DNA of 64,000 bases from Nautiliaceae bacterium (GCA_039831155.1 JBDONT010000011.1:32367-96366); one strand, 5' to 3'; numbered from the stretch's first letter, positions 38,939 through 50,048 are shown. Numbers and translations: made by a program. Notes: a model not told the origin generated them from the letters alone.

Positions 38939-41397
38939 TAAAAAAAATACTTAATGTGAGCTTTTCTTTGCAAACGACGGTAGTATTGGCATTGGTGTTT
39001 TTAATTGCTCAAGCTTATGCGACATTTTTGCCTAAAATGGAAATAGCTTGGGATATTGTTTATGGTAAATTTTGGTTCGAGTTTATTATGTGGCTTTTGG
39101 CTATTAATTTAATAGGGGTTTTAATTAAATATAAAACTTATAAAAAACCTCCCGTATTTACTCTTCATTTGGCAGTTTTAATTATTCTTTTGGGAGCCGC
39201 TATAACTAGATATTTCGGATATGAAGGGCAGTTATATTTAAGAAACGGGGAGACTAAGTGTGAAATTCTGGTAATAAAAGACAAGGCACATCCGTCGGAT
39301 GTTTATCAGAAAAAACCGGACTTTTGTATTAAGCTTGATAAGTTTGTAATGCATAAATACCCTGGAAGTATGATGCCTAGCAGTTATGATAGTTTTATAA
39401 GGGTAATTGATAACAATAAAAGTTTTAAATATCACATTTATATGAACCACATTTTGGTTTATAAAGGGTATAGATTTTATCAGGCTAGTTATTTTCCGGA
39501 TGAGAGAGGGAGTATTTTATCTGTTAATCACGACCCTGGAATGTGGATAACTTATTTAGGATATTTACTTTTAGCGATAGGATTTTTCTGGAGTATGTTT
39601 TATAAAAAGAGTAATTTTATGAAAACGGTTAGAAACTTAAAAAATAGCGGGTTGTTTGCGTTTTTACTTGTGCTGATGTTGCCGTCTTTTTCTAAAGCTA
39701 TGGATTTGGCTACTTTTAAATCTTCTTCTTTAAAAGTTAGTGATGAGTGGAGTAAAGTGTTGGTTCAGAAAATGGGTAGAATTGAGCCTATGGATACTCT
39801 TGATTTGGATATAGTTCATAAACTTACTTTAAAATCAAGACTTCACGGATTAACCTATAATCAGATAGTAGTGGGGATTTTAACTTATCCGGAAGTTTTT
39901 GAGAAACTGCCTTTAATCTATGTAGGTCATCCTAAAATTAGAAAAATTCTTGGGATAAAAGGAAAATATGCGTCTTTTGTAGACTTTTTAAATCCGGACG
40001 GTAGTTTTAAATTCGCAAAAGAAATTGAAAAAATAGACGCCATTCCGGATAAAAACAGAAACGTTTTACAAAGGGAATATTTAAAATTGGGAGAAAGATT
40101 TTTTATATATGAAACTGTTGAAGACGCTTCTATTTTTAATCTTTTTCCTACCCCGAAAGCTAAAATGATGAATTATAAATGGTTTAGCGTTTCCGATATT
40201 CAAAATTCTATAAAGATGGGACTTATGAGTCCTATGGACGCACAGTTTTATTATAATCTTTTTAAAGAGTTATATTTAGGACTTAAAGCGTTTGACGTTC
40301 AAAAAACAAAAGAGGTTAGAGAAAAAATTTATGAACTTCAAAAAACATATTCGGGAGATATTATCCCTTCTTGGAATAAGATAGAGTGGGAAATTAAATA
40401 CAATAGAATGCAGATTTTTCCTAAATTGATAGGAATATACACCCTTTTAGGTTTAGTTGCCATTATGCTTGGATTTATAGAAATTTTAAAACAGAAAAGA
40501 TTTGTAAAAACGGAAAACGTAATTGTATTTTTAGGAGTTTTAGCTTTACTTTTACATACTGCCAATATGATTTTAAGATGGTATGTAGCAGGTCACGCTC
40601 CTTGGTCTGATGCTTATGAATCTATTATATTTATCGCTTGGGGTAGTGCTTTTGCTTCTTTACTTTTCTTTAGAAAATCTATGCTGGCACTAGGGGCTGG
40701 TTTATTTGTAGCCGGTATGTTTATGATGGTTGCTCATTTAAACAATATTTCACCTCAAATTACGAATATGGTACCGGTGCTTAAGTCTTACTGGTTGTTA
40801 ATTCACGTAGCCGTTATTACTTCAAGTTACGGATTTTTAGGTGTCGGTAGTATGCTTGGATTTTTAAATTTAATTCTTTTTGCTTTAAGAAAAAAATATC
40901 CACTTGAAGTTCAAATTAAGCAGTTGAATAATATTATTTATATTGCACTTTATATAGGGCTTGCACTTTTAAGTATAGGTACGTTTTTGGGCGGTATTTG
41001 GGCAAATGAAAGTTGGGGAAGATATTGGTCTTGGGACCCTAAAGAGACTTGGAGTTTAATTTCTATGATAGTTTACGCTCTTGTAATTCATACTAAAATG
41101 ATTCCTCAAATGAGAGGGCAGTTTATATTTGCACTTTTGAGCTTTTTAAGTTTCTTCTTTATTTTAATGACATATTTCGGGGTAAACTTCTATATCGCTC
41201 AAGGGCTTCACAGCTACGGACAAGGTGTGGCTGACGGATACGGATGGATTAGGGTTATTTTTGCCGGAATGGGAGCTTGGATAGCAGTTGTATTCGTTTC
41301 TCTTTTTATTTCTATAGTTAAAAACACAAAAGACCCTATGAGTGTCGTTAAAATTAATGAGTCAAACGAGTATCATCCGGAATATAAGGATAAATGA
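38935..41397 (+). CDS. ccsA: Fused cytochrome c synthase CcsBA (system II)
   Basis: LHLA..G, GHAPWS, SYWLLIHV, WWD domain WANESWGRYWSWDPKETW, GLHSY. Confidence 0.93.
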   Translation: MIKKILNVSFSLQTTVVLALVFLIAQAYATFLPKMEIAWDIVYGKFWFEFIMWLLAINLIGVLIKYKTYKKPPVFTLHLAVLIILLGAAITRYFGYEGQLYLRNGETKCEILVIKDKAHPSDVYQKKPDFCIKLDKFVMHKYPGSMMPSSYDSFIRVIDNNKSFKYHIYMNHILVYKGYRFYQASYFPDERGSILSVNHDPGMWITYLGYLLLAIGFFWSMFYKKSNFMKTVRNLKNSGLFAFLLVLMLPSFSKAMDLATFKSSSLKVSDEWSKVLVQKMGRIEPMDTLDLDIVHKLTLKSRLHGLTYNQIVVGILTYPEVFEKLPLIYVGHPKIRKILGIKGKYASFVDFLNPDGSFKFAKEIEKIDAIPDKNRNVLQREYLKLGERFFIYETVEDASIFNLFPTPKAKMMNYKWFSVSDIQNSIKMGLMSPMDAQFYYNLFKELYLGLKAFDVQKTKEVREKIYELQKTYSGDIIPSWNKIEWEIKYNRMQIFPKLIGIYTLLGLVAIMLGFIEILKQKRFVKTENVIVFLGVLALLLHTANMILRWYVAGHAPWSDAYESIIFIAWGSAFASLLFFRKSMLALGAGLFVAGMFMMVAHLNNISPQITNMVPVLKSYWLLIHVAVITSSYGFLGVGSMLGFLNLILFALRKKYPLEVQIKQLNNIIYIALYIGLALLSIGTFLGGIWANESWGRYWSWDPKETWSLISMIVYALVIHTKMIPQMRGQFIFALLSFLSFFFILMTYFGVNFYIAQGLHSYGQGVADGYGWIRVIFAGMGAWIAVVFVSLFISIVKNTKDPMSVVKINESNEYHPEYKDK

Positions 41398-42656
41398 TGT
41401 ATTTTATTATTAGTTTTAATTACAGAAATTCGGATGTAGCTTTAAGAAGTAAACTTGCTAAGCTTCAGTTGGAAGATTTTAAGGACTTCAAAGAAGTCTT
41501 TTTGCTTTCCACTTGTAATAGAATTGAAATTATTTTTGATAAAAAATGGGATTTAACCCAGCTTTACGATAAAGTGTTTAAAAAAGTGATAACCCCTGAA
41601 GAACTTGTTAAAGCTGAAGTTTTTGAAGGAAAAGATGCGGTAGAACATATATTTAAAGTAGCTGCAAGTCTTGATTCTATGGTTGTCGGTGAAACTCAAA
41701 TTACCGGTCAGCTTAAAGAGGCTTTTTATGAAGCTTACGAAAAACATTTCATAGGTCAGGATTTAACAAGGCTTATCCATTTTTCCTTTAAATGTGCTAA
41801 GAAGGTGAGAAATCAGACTCAAATCTCAAGTGAACCGGTTAGTGTTGCTAGTATTGCGGTAAGAAGGGCAAAAGAAGAGTTAGACGATTTGAGTGGATAT
41901 AGTGCCGTAGTGGTTGGGGTTGGAGATACTGCAAGAATTGTTTGTAAAAATTTAATAAAAGAGGGTGTTAATATCGTTTTGCTTAACAGAACTGTTGAGA
42001 ATGCGTTTGCTTTAAAAGAAGAACTTGGAGATGATGTAAATATAGATATTCATTCTTTGGAAAAACTTCCAAAGCTTATTAACAACTATAGGCTTTTATT
42101 TTCTGCCACAGCTTCAAATTACCCTATTATCAGAAGAGAACATATAAAAGAGACCTCTTTTAAAAGATTATGGTTTGATTTGGCTATTCCTAGCGATATT
42201 GAAGAGGTTGAGTGTGATAATATTAAAATTATAAAAGTCGATGACTTAAAAGAGATTAGTCAAAGAAATCTTCAAAAAAGACAAAAAGAGCTTCAAAACG
42301 CAAACGATTTAATTAAAAAATGTGTTGATGAGTTTGAAAAATATCTTCAATCCGTTTCTATTGATCCGGTGATTAAATTTTTACAAGAAAAAGCAAAAGA
42401 GTGTTCAAGAGCCGCTTTGGATAATGCCATTAAGAAAAAGTATATTCCAAAAGAGATGGAAGATGAGGTTGAGAAAATTTTACACAACGCGTTTAAAAGA
42501 TTTTTACATAATCCGAACGTTACATTAAGAAAAATGGCAGACAGTGCGGAAGTGGATGTCTTGGTGTCTTCTATTAAGAGGCTTTTTGGAATGAATAGTG
42601 AAAGTTTGGATATGAATAAGTGTGAATATCATATGGAAAAAGGAATTTTTAAATAA
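41394..42656 (+). CDS. hemA: Glutamyl-tRNA reductase
   Basis: LSTCNRIE, SLDSMVVGETQI, DLAIPSDIE. Confidence 0.95.
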   Translation: MMYFIISFNYRNSDVALRSKLAKLQLEDFKDFKEVFLLSTCNRIEIIFDKKWDLTQLYDKVFKKVITPEELVKAEVFEGKDAVEHIFKVAASLDSMVVGETQITGQLKEAFYEAYEKHFIGQDLTRLIHFSFKCAKKVRNQTQISSEPVSVASIAVRRAKEELDDLSGYSAVVVGVGDTARIVCKNLIKEGVNIVLLNRTVENAFALKEELGDDVNIDIHSLEKLPKLINNYRLLFSATASNYPIIRREHIKETSFKRLWFDLAIPSDIEEVECDNIKIIKVDDLKEISQRNLQKRQKELQNANDLIKKCVDEFEKYLQSVSIDPVIKFLQEKAKECSRAALDNAIKKKYIPKEMEDEVEKILHNAFKRFLHNPNVTLRKMADSAEVDVLVSSIKRLFGMNSESLDMNKCEYHMEKGIFK

Positions 42657-42665
42657 GGAGAAAAA

Positions 42666-43694
42666 ATGATTTTTATTGATGCCTGTTTTGGGAAAGAGAC
42701 CCCTTATACGCCGGTTTGGATGATGAGACAAGCCGGAAGATATTTACCCGAATATATGGAAGTTAGACGAAAAATCGGTAATTTTTTGGATATGACGAAA
42801 AATCCGGAAGTTGTAGCGGAAATTACGCTTCAGCCTATAGATATTTTGGATGTGGACGCCGCTATACTTTTTAGCGATATTTTAAATTTACCTATGGAAA
42901 TGGGGCTTCCTCTTAGATTTGAAAAAGGTATAGGTCCTGTTTTTGATAAAACTATAGAAAACGAAGAAGATATAGAAAAATTAGACCCTAGTGCAGATGA
43001 GAAACTGGAATATGTTTATAAAGGGGTTAAGCTTATAAGAGAGCGTTTAGCTGAAGATAAAGCCTTAATCGGATTTGCTGGAAGTCCTTGGACTATTGCT
43101 ACTTATATGGTAGAAGGTAGAGGTTCTAAACAGTATGCGAAAATAAAAAATATGGTATATTCAAATCCTATGATGTTACATAGACTTTTGGCTTTTAATA
43201 CAAAAGAGACTATTGAGTATCTTTCAAAACAGATTGAAGCCGGAGCAAATGCCGTTATGATATTTGACAGTTGGGGAGGGGCACTTGAGAGAGATAAATT
43301 TTTTGAGTTTTCTTGGAACTATATGAAAACGATAGCAAAAGAGTTAAAAGCCAAATATCCTTATATTCCGGTTATCGGTTTTTCAAAAGGGGTAGGGCTT
43401 TATATGAGAGAAATGGAGGGAGAATTTGACGTAATAGGTATAGATTGGAACACTCCTATGGATTATGCTTTAGGGATTTTTAAAGATAACTACACCCTTC
43501 AAGGAAATATGGACCCTACAAGGCTTTATAGTAAAAGTGCCACTCGCGAAGCAGTTGAGAAGATAGCTGCTATTATGAAAGGACATAGACACATATTTAA
43601 TTTAGGTCACGGGATTTTACCGGATGTACCGGTTGAAAATGCCAAATATTTTGTAGATTTATGTAAAGAGATTACAAAAAAGGTAGAGAGATGA
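42666..43694 (+). CDS. hemE: Uroporphyrinogen decarboxylase
   Basis: [31 protein letters not shown]. Confidence 0.97.
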   Translation: MIFIDACFGKETPYTPVWMMRQAGRYLPEYMEVRRKIGNFLDMTKNPEVVAEITLQPIDILDVDAAILFSDILNLPMEMGLPLRFEKGIGPVFDKTIENEEDIEKLDPSADEKLEYVYKGVKLIRERLAEDKALIGFAGSPWTIATYMVEGRGSKQYAKIKNMVYSNPMMLHRLLAFNTKETIEYLSKQIEAGANAVMIFDSWGGALERDKFFEFSWNYMKTIAKELKAKYPYIPVIGFSKGVGLYMREMEGEFDVIGIDWNTPMDYALGIFKDNYTLQGNMDPTRLYSKSATREAVEKIAAIMKGHRHIFNLGHGILPDVPVENAKYFVDLCKEITKKVER

Positions 43695-44668
43695 ACTTAA
43701 GAAGACTTAGACTAAATGGAAATATCAGAGATTTGGTAAGAGAGACTTATGTAACTAAAAATGACCTTATTATGCCTATTTTTATAAAAGAGGGTTTAAA
43801 AGGAAAAAAAGAAGTAAAATCAATGCCGGGTATTTTTCAGTTTGGCGAAGAAGAGTTTTTGGATGAAATTGCAGAGTGTATAGATTTGGGAATTAAAGCC
43901 GTAATTTTGTTTGGAATTCCTAAGTTAAAAGATAGTTGTGGAAGTGACGCGTTGGATGAAGAGGGCTTGATTGCCAGAAGTGTGAGAAAAGCCAAAGAGA
44001 CTTTTAAAGATAAAATAGCTATTATTACGGATTTGTGTTTTTGTGAGTTTACGGACCACGGGCATTGTGGAATTATAAATCCTCATTTAAAAACGGTAGA
44101 TAACAAAGCCACTCTTGAAATCAGTGCCAAGCAAGCACTTATTCACGCTAGTGCCGGGGCTGATATGATAGCACCTAGTGGAATGATGGATAATATTATA
44201 AAAACTTTAAGAGATACTTTAGATGATAACGGATACTCTCATATTCCTATTATGAGTTATTCTACAAAGTTTGCAAGTGCGTTTTACGGACCTTTTAGAG
44301 ACGCTGCGGAGAGTGCTCCGGTTGATAACGAATATGTTCCTAAAAACAGAAAAACTTATCAAATGGATGTGGCTAATTCTCGTGAGGCTTTGCTTGAGAG
44401 TATAATAGACGAAGCGGAAGGTGCGGATATTTTAATGGTAAAACCGGCACTTAGTTTTATGGATATAATTAAAACGATAAAAGAAAACACCCTAAAACCT
44501 CTTTGCGTTTATAACGTAAGTGGAGAGTATTCTATGGTAAAGGCTGCGGCTCTTAACGGATGGGTTGATTATGAGGCTTTGATGATGGAGATACTTACTT
44601 CATTTAAAAGAGCCGGGGCTGATATGATTATAAGTTATCACAGTAAAGATGCGGCAAAACTTTTATAA
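43691..44668 (+). CDS. hemB: Porphobilinogen synthase (ALA dehydratase)
   Basis: [40 protein letters not shown]. Confidence 0.97.
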   Translation: MNLRRLRLNGNIRDLVRETYVTKNDLIMPIFIKEGLKGKKEVKSMPGIFQFGEEEFLDEIAECIDLGIKAVILFGIPKLKDSCGSDALDEEGLIARSVRKAKETFKDKIAIITDLCFCEFTDHGHCGIINPHLKTVDNKATLEISAKQALIHASAGADMIAPSGMMDNIIKTLRDTLDDNGYSHIPIMSYSTKFASAFYGPFRDAAESAPVDNEYVPKNRKTYQMDVANSREALLESIIDEAEGADILMVKPALSFMDIIKTIKENTLKPLCVYNVSGEYSMVKAAALNGWVDYEALMMEILTSFKRAGADMIISYHSKDAAKLL

Positions 44669-44699
44669 TTTGGTAAAATTAATATAAAAAAGGATGTAA

Positions 44700-45575
44700 A
44701 TGAAACTTACAATTGCAACTCGTGGAAGTAAACTTGCTTTGTGGCAGGCTGAATGGGTAAAAGAGAGACTTGAAAAACTTGGTCACGAAGTGGATTTAAA
44801 AATAGTAACCACTACAGGGGATAAAATTTTGGATAAGCCTTTGGCTCAAATCGGGGGTAAAGGACTTTTTATTAAAGAAGTTGAAGAGGCTTTATTAAGA
44901 GGAGAAGCTCAAATAGCCGTTCATTCTTTAAAAGACTTTCCGACTCAATACGACGAAGAACACTTCACTCTAGCGGCGATTCCTAAAAGAGAGTCTGTTG
45001 AAGATGTGTTTTTATCCGAAAATTATGAAACACTTGCGGAACTTCCTCATAACGCAGTGATAGGAACTAGTTCCATTAGACGTGCTATGCAGCTTAAAGG
45101 CTTTAGGGACGATTTGGTAATTACGGATTTAAGAGGAAATGTTGATACCAGAATTAATAAATTAAAAGACGGAAAGTATGACGCTATTATTTTGGCTTAT
45201 GCCGGGGTTAAGAGACTGGGACTTTTAAAAGAGGTTAAATACTTTGAAGTGCTTGATACTGATATTATGGTACCGGCAATGGGGCAAGGTGCTTTGGGAA
45301 TTGAAACTATAAACGATGAAGCCGTAATTAATGCGGTAAAACCTCTAAATGATTTAAGAACACAAATTGCAGTAACGATAGAGAGAGATTTTGTGGATAC
45401 TTTAAATCTTGGATGTCACGCTCCGGTTGGAGTTCACGCTAAATTGATGATAGATGATTCTATTAAAATTAAGGCTGCTTTATTAAAAGATGATAAAGTG
45501 GTAAAAAAAGAGATGGTGGTAGATTTTGATGAGTGGAAGAATGCCGGAAGAGAGTTTGCCAGAGAATTTATATAA
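44700..45575 (+). CDS. hemC: Hydroxymethylbilane synthase
   Basis: ATRGSKLALWQ, GKGLF.KE, VHSLKD, GTSS.RR, RGNVDTR, GCHAP. Confidence 0.97.
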   Translation: MKLTIATRGSKLALWQAEWVKERLEKLGHEVDLKIVTTTGDKILDKPLAQIGGKGLFIKEVEEALLRGEAQIAVHSLKDFPTQYDEEHFTLAAIPKRESVEDVFLSENYETLAELPHNAVIGTSSIRRAMQLKGFRDDLVITDLRGNVDTRINKLKDGKYDAIILAYAGVKRLGLLKEVKYFEVLDTDIMVPAMGQGALGIETINDEAVINAVKPLNDLRTQIAVTIERDFVDTLNLGCHAPVGVHAKLMIDDSIKIKAALLKDDKVVKKEMVVDFDEWKNAGREFAREFI

Positions 45576-45584
45576 AGGTTTAAT

Positions 45585-46943
45585 ATGGAAAAGATAGATT
45601 TTAAAAAATTATCCAAATTTTCAAGACACGCACCAAGATACACAAGTTATCCTACAGCAGTTGAGTTTAGGGATTTAAAAGAGAAGGATATATTACCGTT
45701 TTTGAAAAGCAATAAACCTCTTAGTTTGTATTTTCATTTACCGTTTTGTAAGAGTGCTTGTTATTTTTGCGGATGTAATGTTGTTTATACTTCAAAAGAA
45801 GATAAAAGAAAAAGATATATTGAATATCTGAAAAAAGAACTAAATAATTTATCAAAATATCTGGATACTTCAAGAGTTGTAAGGCAGCTTCATTTTGGAG
45901 GGGGAACTCCTACTTTTTTTACTCCCGATGAACTTAAAGAGATTTATGAGCTTATTTACTCTTATTTTAAAAATTACGAAAAAGACGCAGAGATTAGTGT
46001 AGAAATCGACCCTAGGTTTTTTTCAAAAGAACATATGGCAGTTATGAAAGAGTTCGGGGTAAATCGTATAAGTTTCGGAGTTCAAGATTTTAACGAGGAG
46101 ACTCAAAAAGCGGTTAATAGAATTCAGCCTTTTGATTTAACAAAAGAGGCTGTCGATATAGCAAGGGAAGCCGGGGTGGATTCTATAAATATAGATTTAA
46201 TTTACGGTCTTCCTTATCAGAGTTTAGAGACTTTTAAAAAGACTCTTGATTTGGTTTTAAAACTTGATCCGGATAGACTTGCAGTATTTAATTACGCTCA
46301 CGTTCCGTGGCTTAAAAAGGGTATGAGAAAGATTGATGAAACAACACTTCCAACTCCAGAAGAAAAACTGAAGATTTTTAAATACGTAATAGACTTTTTT
46401 GAAAATAACGGTTACAAAATGATTGGAATGGACCATTTTGCAAAACCAAGTGATGAGCTTTTTAGGGCAATTGAAAAAGGTGAGCTTCACAGAAACTTCC
46501 AAGGATATACTACAAAAGGTGGGGCTGATTTAATAGGTGTCGGTCTTACTTCCATTAGTGAAACCGAAGATGCCTATTTTCAAAATTACAAAGATTTAAA
46601 ATCTTACGAAAAAGCGGTTGACGAAGGAAAAATACCGGTATTTAGAGGTGTTATACTAAGCGAAGAGGATAAAATTAGAAAATATATAATTATGGAAATG
46701 ATGGCGAATTTTTCTTTTGATATAGAAAGATTTGAAAAGAAATTCGGAATTAATTTTTTTGAAAAATTTGAAAACGAAATAGAAGAACTTCAAGAATTTG
46801 TGGATGAGGGGCTGGTTGAAATCACTCCTAAAAAAATAAAAGTAAACAAAACCGGAAGTTTACTTATAAGAAACATTGTTTTACCGTTTGATGAGTATTT
46901 CAAAAAAATGAAAAATCAAAAAGTTTTTTCTAAATCAGTATAA
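45585..46943 (+). CDS. hemN: Oxygen-independent coproporphyrinogen III oxidase
   Basis: PRYTSYPTA, radical SAM CKSACYFC, HFGGGTP, LHRNFQGY, FSKSV. Confidence 0.97.
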   Translation: MEKIDFKKLSKFSRHAPRYTSYPTAVEFRDLKEKDILPFLKSNKPLSLYFHLPFCKSACYFCGCNVVYTSKEDKRKRYIEYLKKELNNLSKYLDTSRVVRQLHFGGGTPTFFTPDELKEIYELIYSYFKNYEKDAEISVEIDPRFFSKEHMAVMKEFGVNRISFGVQDFNEETQKAVNRIQPFDLTKEAVDIAREAGVDSINIDLIYGLPYQSLETFKKTLDLVLKLDPDRLAVFNYAHVPWLKKGMRKIDETTLPTPEEKLKIFKYVIDFFENNGYKMIGMDHFAKPSDELFRAIEKGELHRNFQGYTTKGGADLIGVGLTSISETEDAYFQNYKDLKSYEKAVDEGKIPVFRGVILSEEDKIRKYIIMEMMANFSFDIERFEKKFGINFFEKFENEIEELQEFVDEGLVEITPKKIKVNKTGSLLIRNIVLPFDEYFKKMKNQKVFSKSV

Positions 46944-46952
46944 AGGTTAAAA

Positions 46953-47645
46953 ATGGTTATTTCAATAGGTAATTTACCTTTAAAAGAGATTAAGGCGGAT
47001 TTGTTTTTACATCCGGTTAAATATAAAGACAGTATAACTTACGAACCGATGGCTGAAGAAGCTGTAATTGCTCTTATAGCTAAACATTTCACATACGATA
47101 AGGTACCACAAAAGATAAAAGAGTATTTTGACGATATGGATGATGGTTATTTGTTTAGTGAGAGTAATTTTGACGAGTGGGATTTGGAAAAACTTAAAGT
47201 CGGAAAACTTTTAATAGGAAAAGATATTCATTTTCATCCTAAGCTTGAAAATATTAAAAAATTTTTGGCTATTTTAAGAGATTTCGGTGGATTTGAGATT
47301 GAGGGAATTGAGATTGAAAAGTTTTTTAAAGCCAGTGACCCGATTTTGGAGGAGATAGTTGAGGTTGAAAAGAGTTATGAACTTTCATTAGAAGAGATTG
47401 ACGAACTTCCTAGTTTTGACGGTAGTGTCGTTTATGCCTGTAACGATACGAATGTAGTAAAAAGCAGTGAACTTTTGTGTTCTAATCAGTTTATAATTGC
47501 AAATAGAATCAAATCTTTAAAAGTTGAAATTGACGGAGAAATTAAAGAGGTAAAAAAGATACCGGAGCTTAAAGGGACTTTCGGGGTTATATTAAAAGAT
47601 GTAAATAATTATCCGTTTTTAAGGGGTAATATAAGGAGTTTGTGA
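46953..47645 (+). CDS. Conserved hypothetical protein resembling the C-terminal region of epsilonproteobacterial NuoG
   Basis: YEPMAEEAVIALI, DDGYLFSESN, GKDIHFHPKLENI, LPSFDGSVVY; similarity recalled, not searched. Confidence 0.45.
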   Translation: MVISIGNLPLKEIKADLFLHPVKYKDSITYEPMAEEAVIALIAKHFTYDKVPQKIKEYFDDMDDGYLFSESNFDEWDLEKLKVGKLLIGKDIHFHPKLENIKKFLAILRDFGGFEIEGIEIEKFFKASDPILEEIVEVEKSYELSLEEIDELPSFDGSVVYACNDTNVVKSSELLCSNQFIIANRIKSLKVEIDGEIKEVKKIPELKGTFGVILKDVNNYPFLRGNIRSL

Positions 47646-48166
47646 TGAGCTTTAATCCTCCGGTTTACAAATATAGTGATTATATAAAATGGGAAGGGGA
47701 TTGGGAGTTAATAGAAGGATATCCTTTTGCGATGGCACCAAGCCCTTTTGGAAAATATCAGCATATTATGCTAAAACTTGCAAGATATCTTGATGAAGCT
47801 TTGGAAGAGTGTGAATACGAATCATACCCAGAGCTTGATTGGATAATAAACGAAAAAACAATCGTAAGACCGGATATTGCCGTTTATTGTGAAGAGATAG
47901 AAAAGTATCCGACAACAACTCCAAAGATTGTAATAGAGATAATATCGGAATCAACAGCGGAAAAAGATGAAGAGATTAAGTTTAAGTTATATGAAAAAGA
48001 GAAAGTTGAGTATTATGTTTTGGTTTATCCGGATTTTGAAAAGGTAAAAATTTATAAGCTTGATAATAAACATTATGATAAAGTTTATGAAGGGGATAAA
48101 AAATTTAAGTTTGATTTGTGTGAAATTGAGATAGATTTTGGTAAAATATTTAAAAAAAGGAGGTAG
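47642..48166 (+). CDS. Uma2 family PD-(D/E)xK endonuclease
   Basis: WELIEG..AMAPSP, VRPDIAV, PKIVIEIISEST, KFKLY..VEYYVLV.P. Confidence 0.88.
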   Translation: MMSFNPPVYKYSDYIKWEGDWELIEGYPFAMAPSPFGKYQHIMLKLARYLDEALEECEYESYPELDWIINEKTIVRPDIAVYCEEIEKYPTTTPKIVIEIISESTAEKDEEIKFKLYEKEKVEYYVLVYPDFEKVKIYKLDNKHYDKVYEGDKKFKFDLCEIEIDFGKIFKKRR

Positions 48167-48168
48167 CA

Positions 48169-48723
48169 ATGGCAGTAAGAGTTTGCGTTCCGCTTGCAAA
48201 CGGATTTGAAGAGATTGAAGCTATGAGCTTAATTGACATAATGAGAAGAGGTGGAATTGATGTGGTTGTGGCAGGAGTTGGAGGAGATGTAATTTATGGG
48301 GCTCATAATATTAGAGTAATTCCGGATACCAAAATTGAGCTTGTAAATGCTGATGATTTTGATTTAGTAGTACTTCCGGGAGGTCTGCCGGGGGCTATAA
48401 ATCTAGCAGAAGATAAATACGTTCAAAATCTTTTAAAAGAGATGGATAATAAAGGTAAATATGTAGGTGCTATTTGTGCGGCTCCTTATGCTTTAAAAGA
48501 AGCAGGAGTACTAAAAGATAAATATACGGCATATCCCGGATGGGAAGAGAATATTAAAAAAGAAGGGTATGTATCTGATGCAAAAGTAGTTGAAGATAAA
48601 AATGTATTAACTTCAAAAGGTCCCGGGACTGCAATTTGCTTTGGACTTGAAATTGTTAGAAAATTTGTGGGAGAAGAGACTTATAAACAATTAAAAGCGG
48701 GACTTTTAGCAGATTTTTGTTAA
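48169..48723 (+). CDS. DJ-1/ThiJ/YajL family protein
   Basis: GFEEIEA, LPGGLPGA, AICAAP, TSKGPGTA. Confidence 0.93.
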   Translation: MAVRVCVPLANGFEEIEAMSLIDIMRRGGIDVVVAGVGGDVIYGAHNIRVIPDTKIELVNADDFDLVVLPGGLPGAINLAEDKYVQNLLKEMDNKGKYVGAICAAPYALKEAGVLKDKYTAYPGWEENIKKEGYVSDAKVVEDKNVLTSKGPGTAICFGLEIVRKFVGEETYKQLKAGLLADFC

Positions 48724-48742
48724 TAAAATTAAGGAGGGGAAA

Positions 48743-49036
48743 ATGAGAGGAATTGAAGCACTTGAATATTTTCTTGAAACGTGGCATTCTAAAATGAGAG
48801 ATTTAGAGGAGGTTTGCGAATTTGATGCACTGATTGAATATCATTTTGGAAACGATACGAAAGTGTATAATGCTCCGGTTGTTGTTGAAAAGTTTTTCGA
48901 TAGAAAAATATGTTTAAACGGAATTGACGATATTAACGAATTTTTACCGGAAGAAATAGAATACGACCCGTTTAGTGGAAATCTTTATATAAAAAGAAAT
49001 CTTTTTGAAATAAAAATAGCCCCTAGAATCTGCTAG
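48743..49036 (+). CDS. Hypothetical protein
   Basis: 97-aa ORF with strong AAGGAGG RBS; no recognised motif. Confidence 0.65.
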   Translation: MRGIEALEYFLETWHSKMRDLEEVCEFDALIEYHFGNDTKVYNAPVVVEKFFDRKICLNGIDDINEFLPEEIEYDPFSGNLYIKRNLFEIKIAPRIC

Positions 49037-49039
49037 GGG

Positions 49040-49384
49040 TTATGTTTCAAGTTCCATACTCATAAGATACATATCTTCACCGTCTACAATTTTTATATTT
49101 GGTGAATGACAATGGGGACAGAGATATTCGTCTTTTTTCAGTTCGCTTGTTTTATTGCAGTCTTTACATTCTACAACTACCGGTTGTATATGCATAATAA
49201 ATTCAGCTTTTTCACACATTGTACCTTCTTTGAATGTTTCAAAAGCCGTTTTTAAAAGTTCTGGTTCCACTCCGCTTAATATTCCTATTTTTATTTCAAG
49301 TTTTGTTACGAATTTCGCGTTATGTTTTTTGGCATTTTCTTCCGCTAATTGGAGAAGGGAATCAACTATAGAGTATTCGTGCAT
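49040..49384 (-). CDS. hypA: Hydrogenase nickel metallochaperone HypA
   Basis: MHEYSI, CKDC..CPHC zinc site, GEDMYL. Confidence 0.96.
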   Translation of the reverse strand: MHEYSIVDSLLQLAEENAKKHNAKFVTKLEIKIGILSGVEPELLKTAFETFKEGTMCEKAEFIMHIQPVVVECKDCNKTSELKKDEYLCPHCHSPNIKIVDGEDMYLMSMELET

Positions 49385-49466
49385 AATGAATCCTTTAAAA
49401 AAATATAAATTATTGGATTAATAAGTTTTGAAATTATATTATAATAATGACAAAAAAGGCTAAAAA

Positions 49467-50048
49467 GTGACGAAAGAAGAGAAAAAAGAATTAATAATGA
49501 AAACCGCTTTGTCTCTTTTTGCTAAAAGAGGGTTTTATAATACTACTATTTCAGACATTGCTAAAGAGATGGAGATGAGTGTCGGAAATATGTATAACTA
49601 TTTTCCTTCTAAGGAGTCTTTGGCTAAAGAACTTTTAATTTACGCTTCCAAAAAATTCGGGAATGAGATTAAAAAAATTAACGAAAGTGATATTTCAAGT
49701 AAAGAAAAAATTTATAAGATAGTCGAGCTTTATTTTGATATGGCGGATAACGAACCCGAATTGGTGGACTATTTTATGAGAGTGTATTTATCGAATAAAG
49801 AAATTTTTGCAAACGGATGCGAAGGAATGCTTTGTGTAAGTGCTTTTGTAACGGAAATAATGATATTTTTTGAAGAGGGAGTTAGAAAAAAAGAGCTTAA
49901 AAACCAGGATTTTTTTGCGGCTTTCGGACTTTTTATGGGATATATAGGAGGACTTGCTTTTTTAAATAAAGAGGGTATTTTATCTAAGCCTTTAAGAGAA
50001 TATATACCTTTGGTAAGTGAGAATATTTATAATGCACTCAAAGTTTAA
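49467..50048 (+). CDS. TetR family transcriptional regulator (hydrogenase-associated)
   Basis: LFAKRGFYNTTISDIA..SVGNMYNYFPSKE HTH; Cys pair GCEGMLC in the C-terminal domain. Confidence 0.92.
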   Translation: MTKEEKKELIMKTALSLFAKRGFYNTTISDIAKEMEMSVGNMYNYFPSKESLAKELLIYASKKFGNEIKKINESDISSKEKIYKIVELYFDMADNEPELVDYFMRVYLSNKEIFANGCEGMLCVSAFVTEIMIFFEEGVRKKELKNQDFFAAFGLFMGYIGGLAFLNKEGILSKPLREYIPLVSENIYNALKV

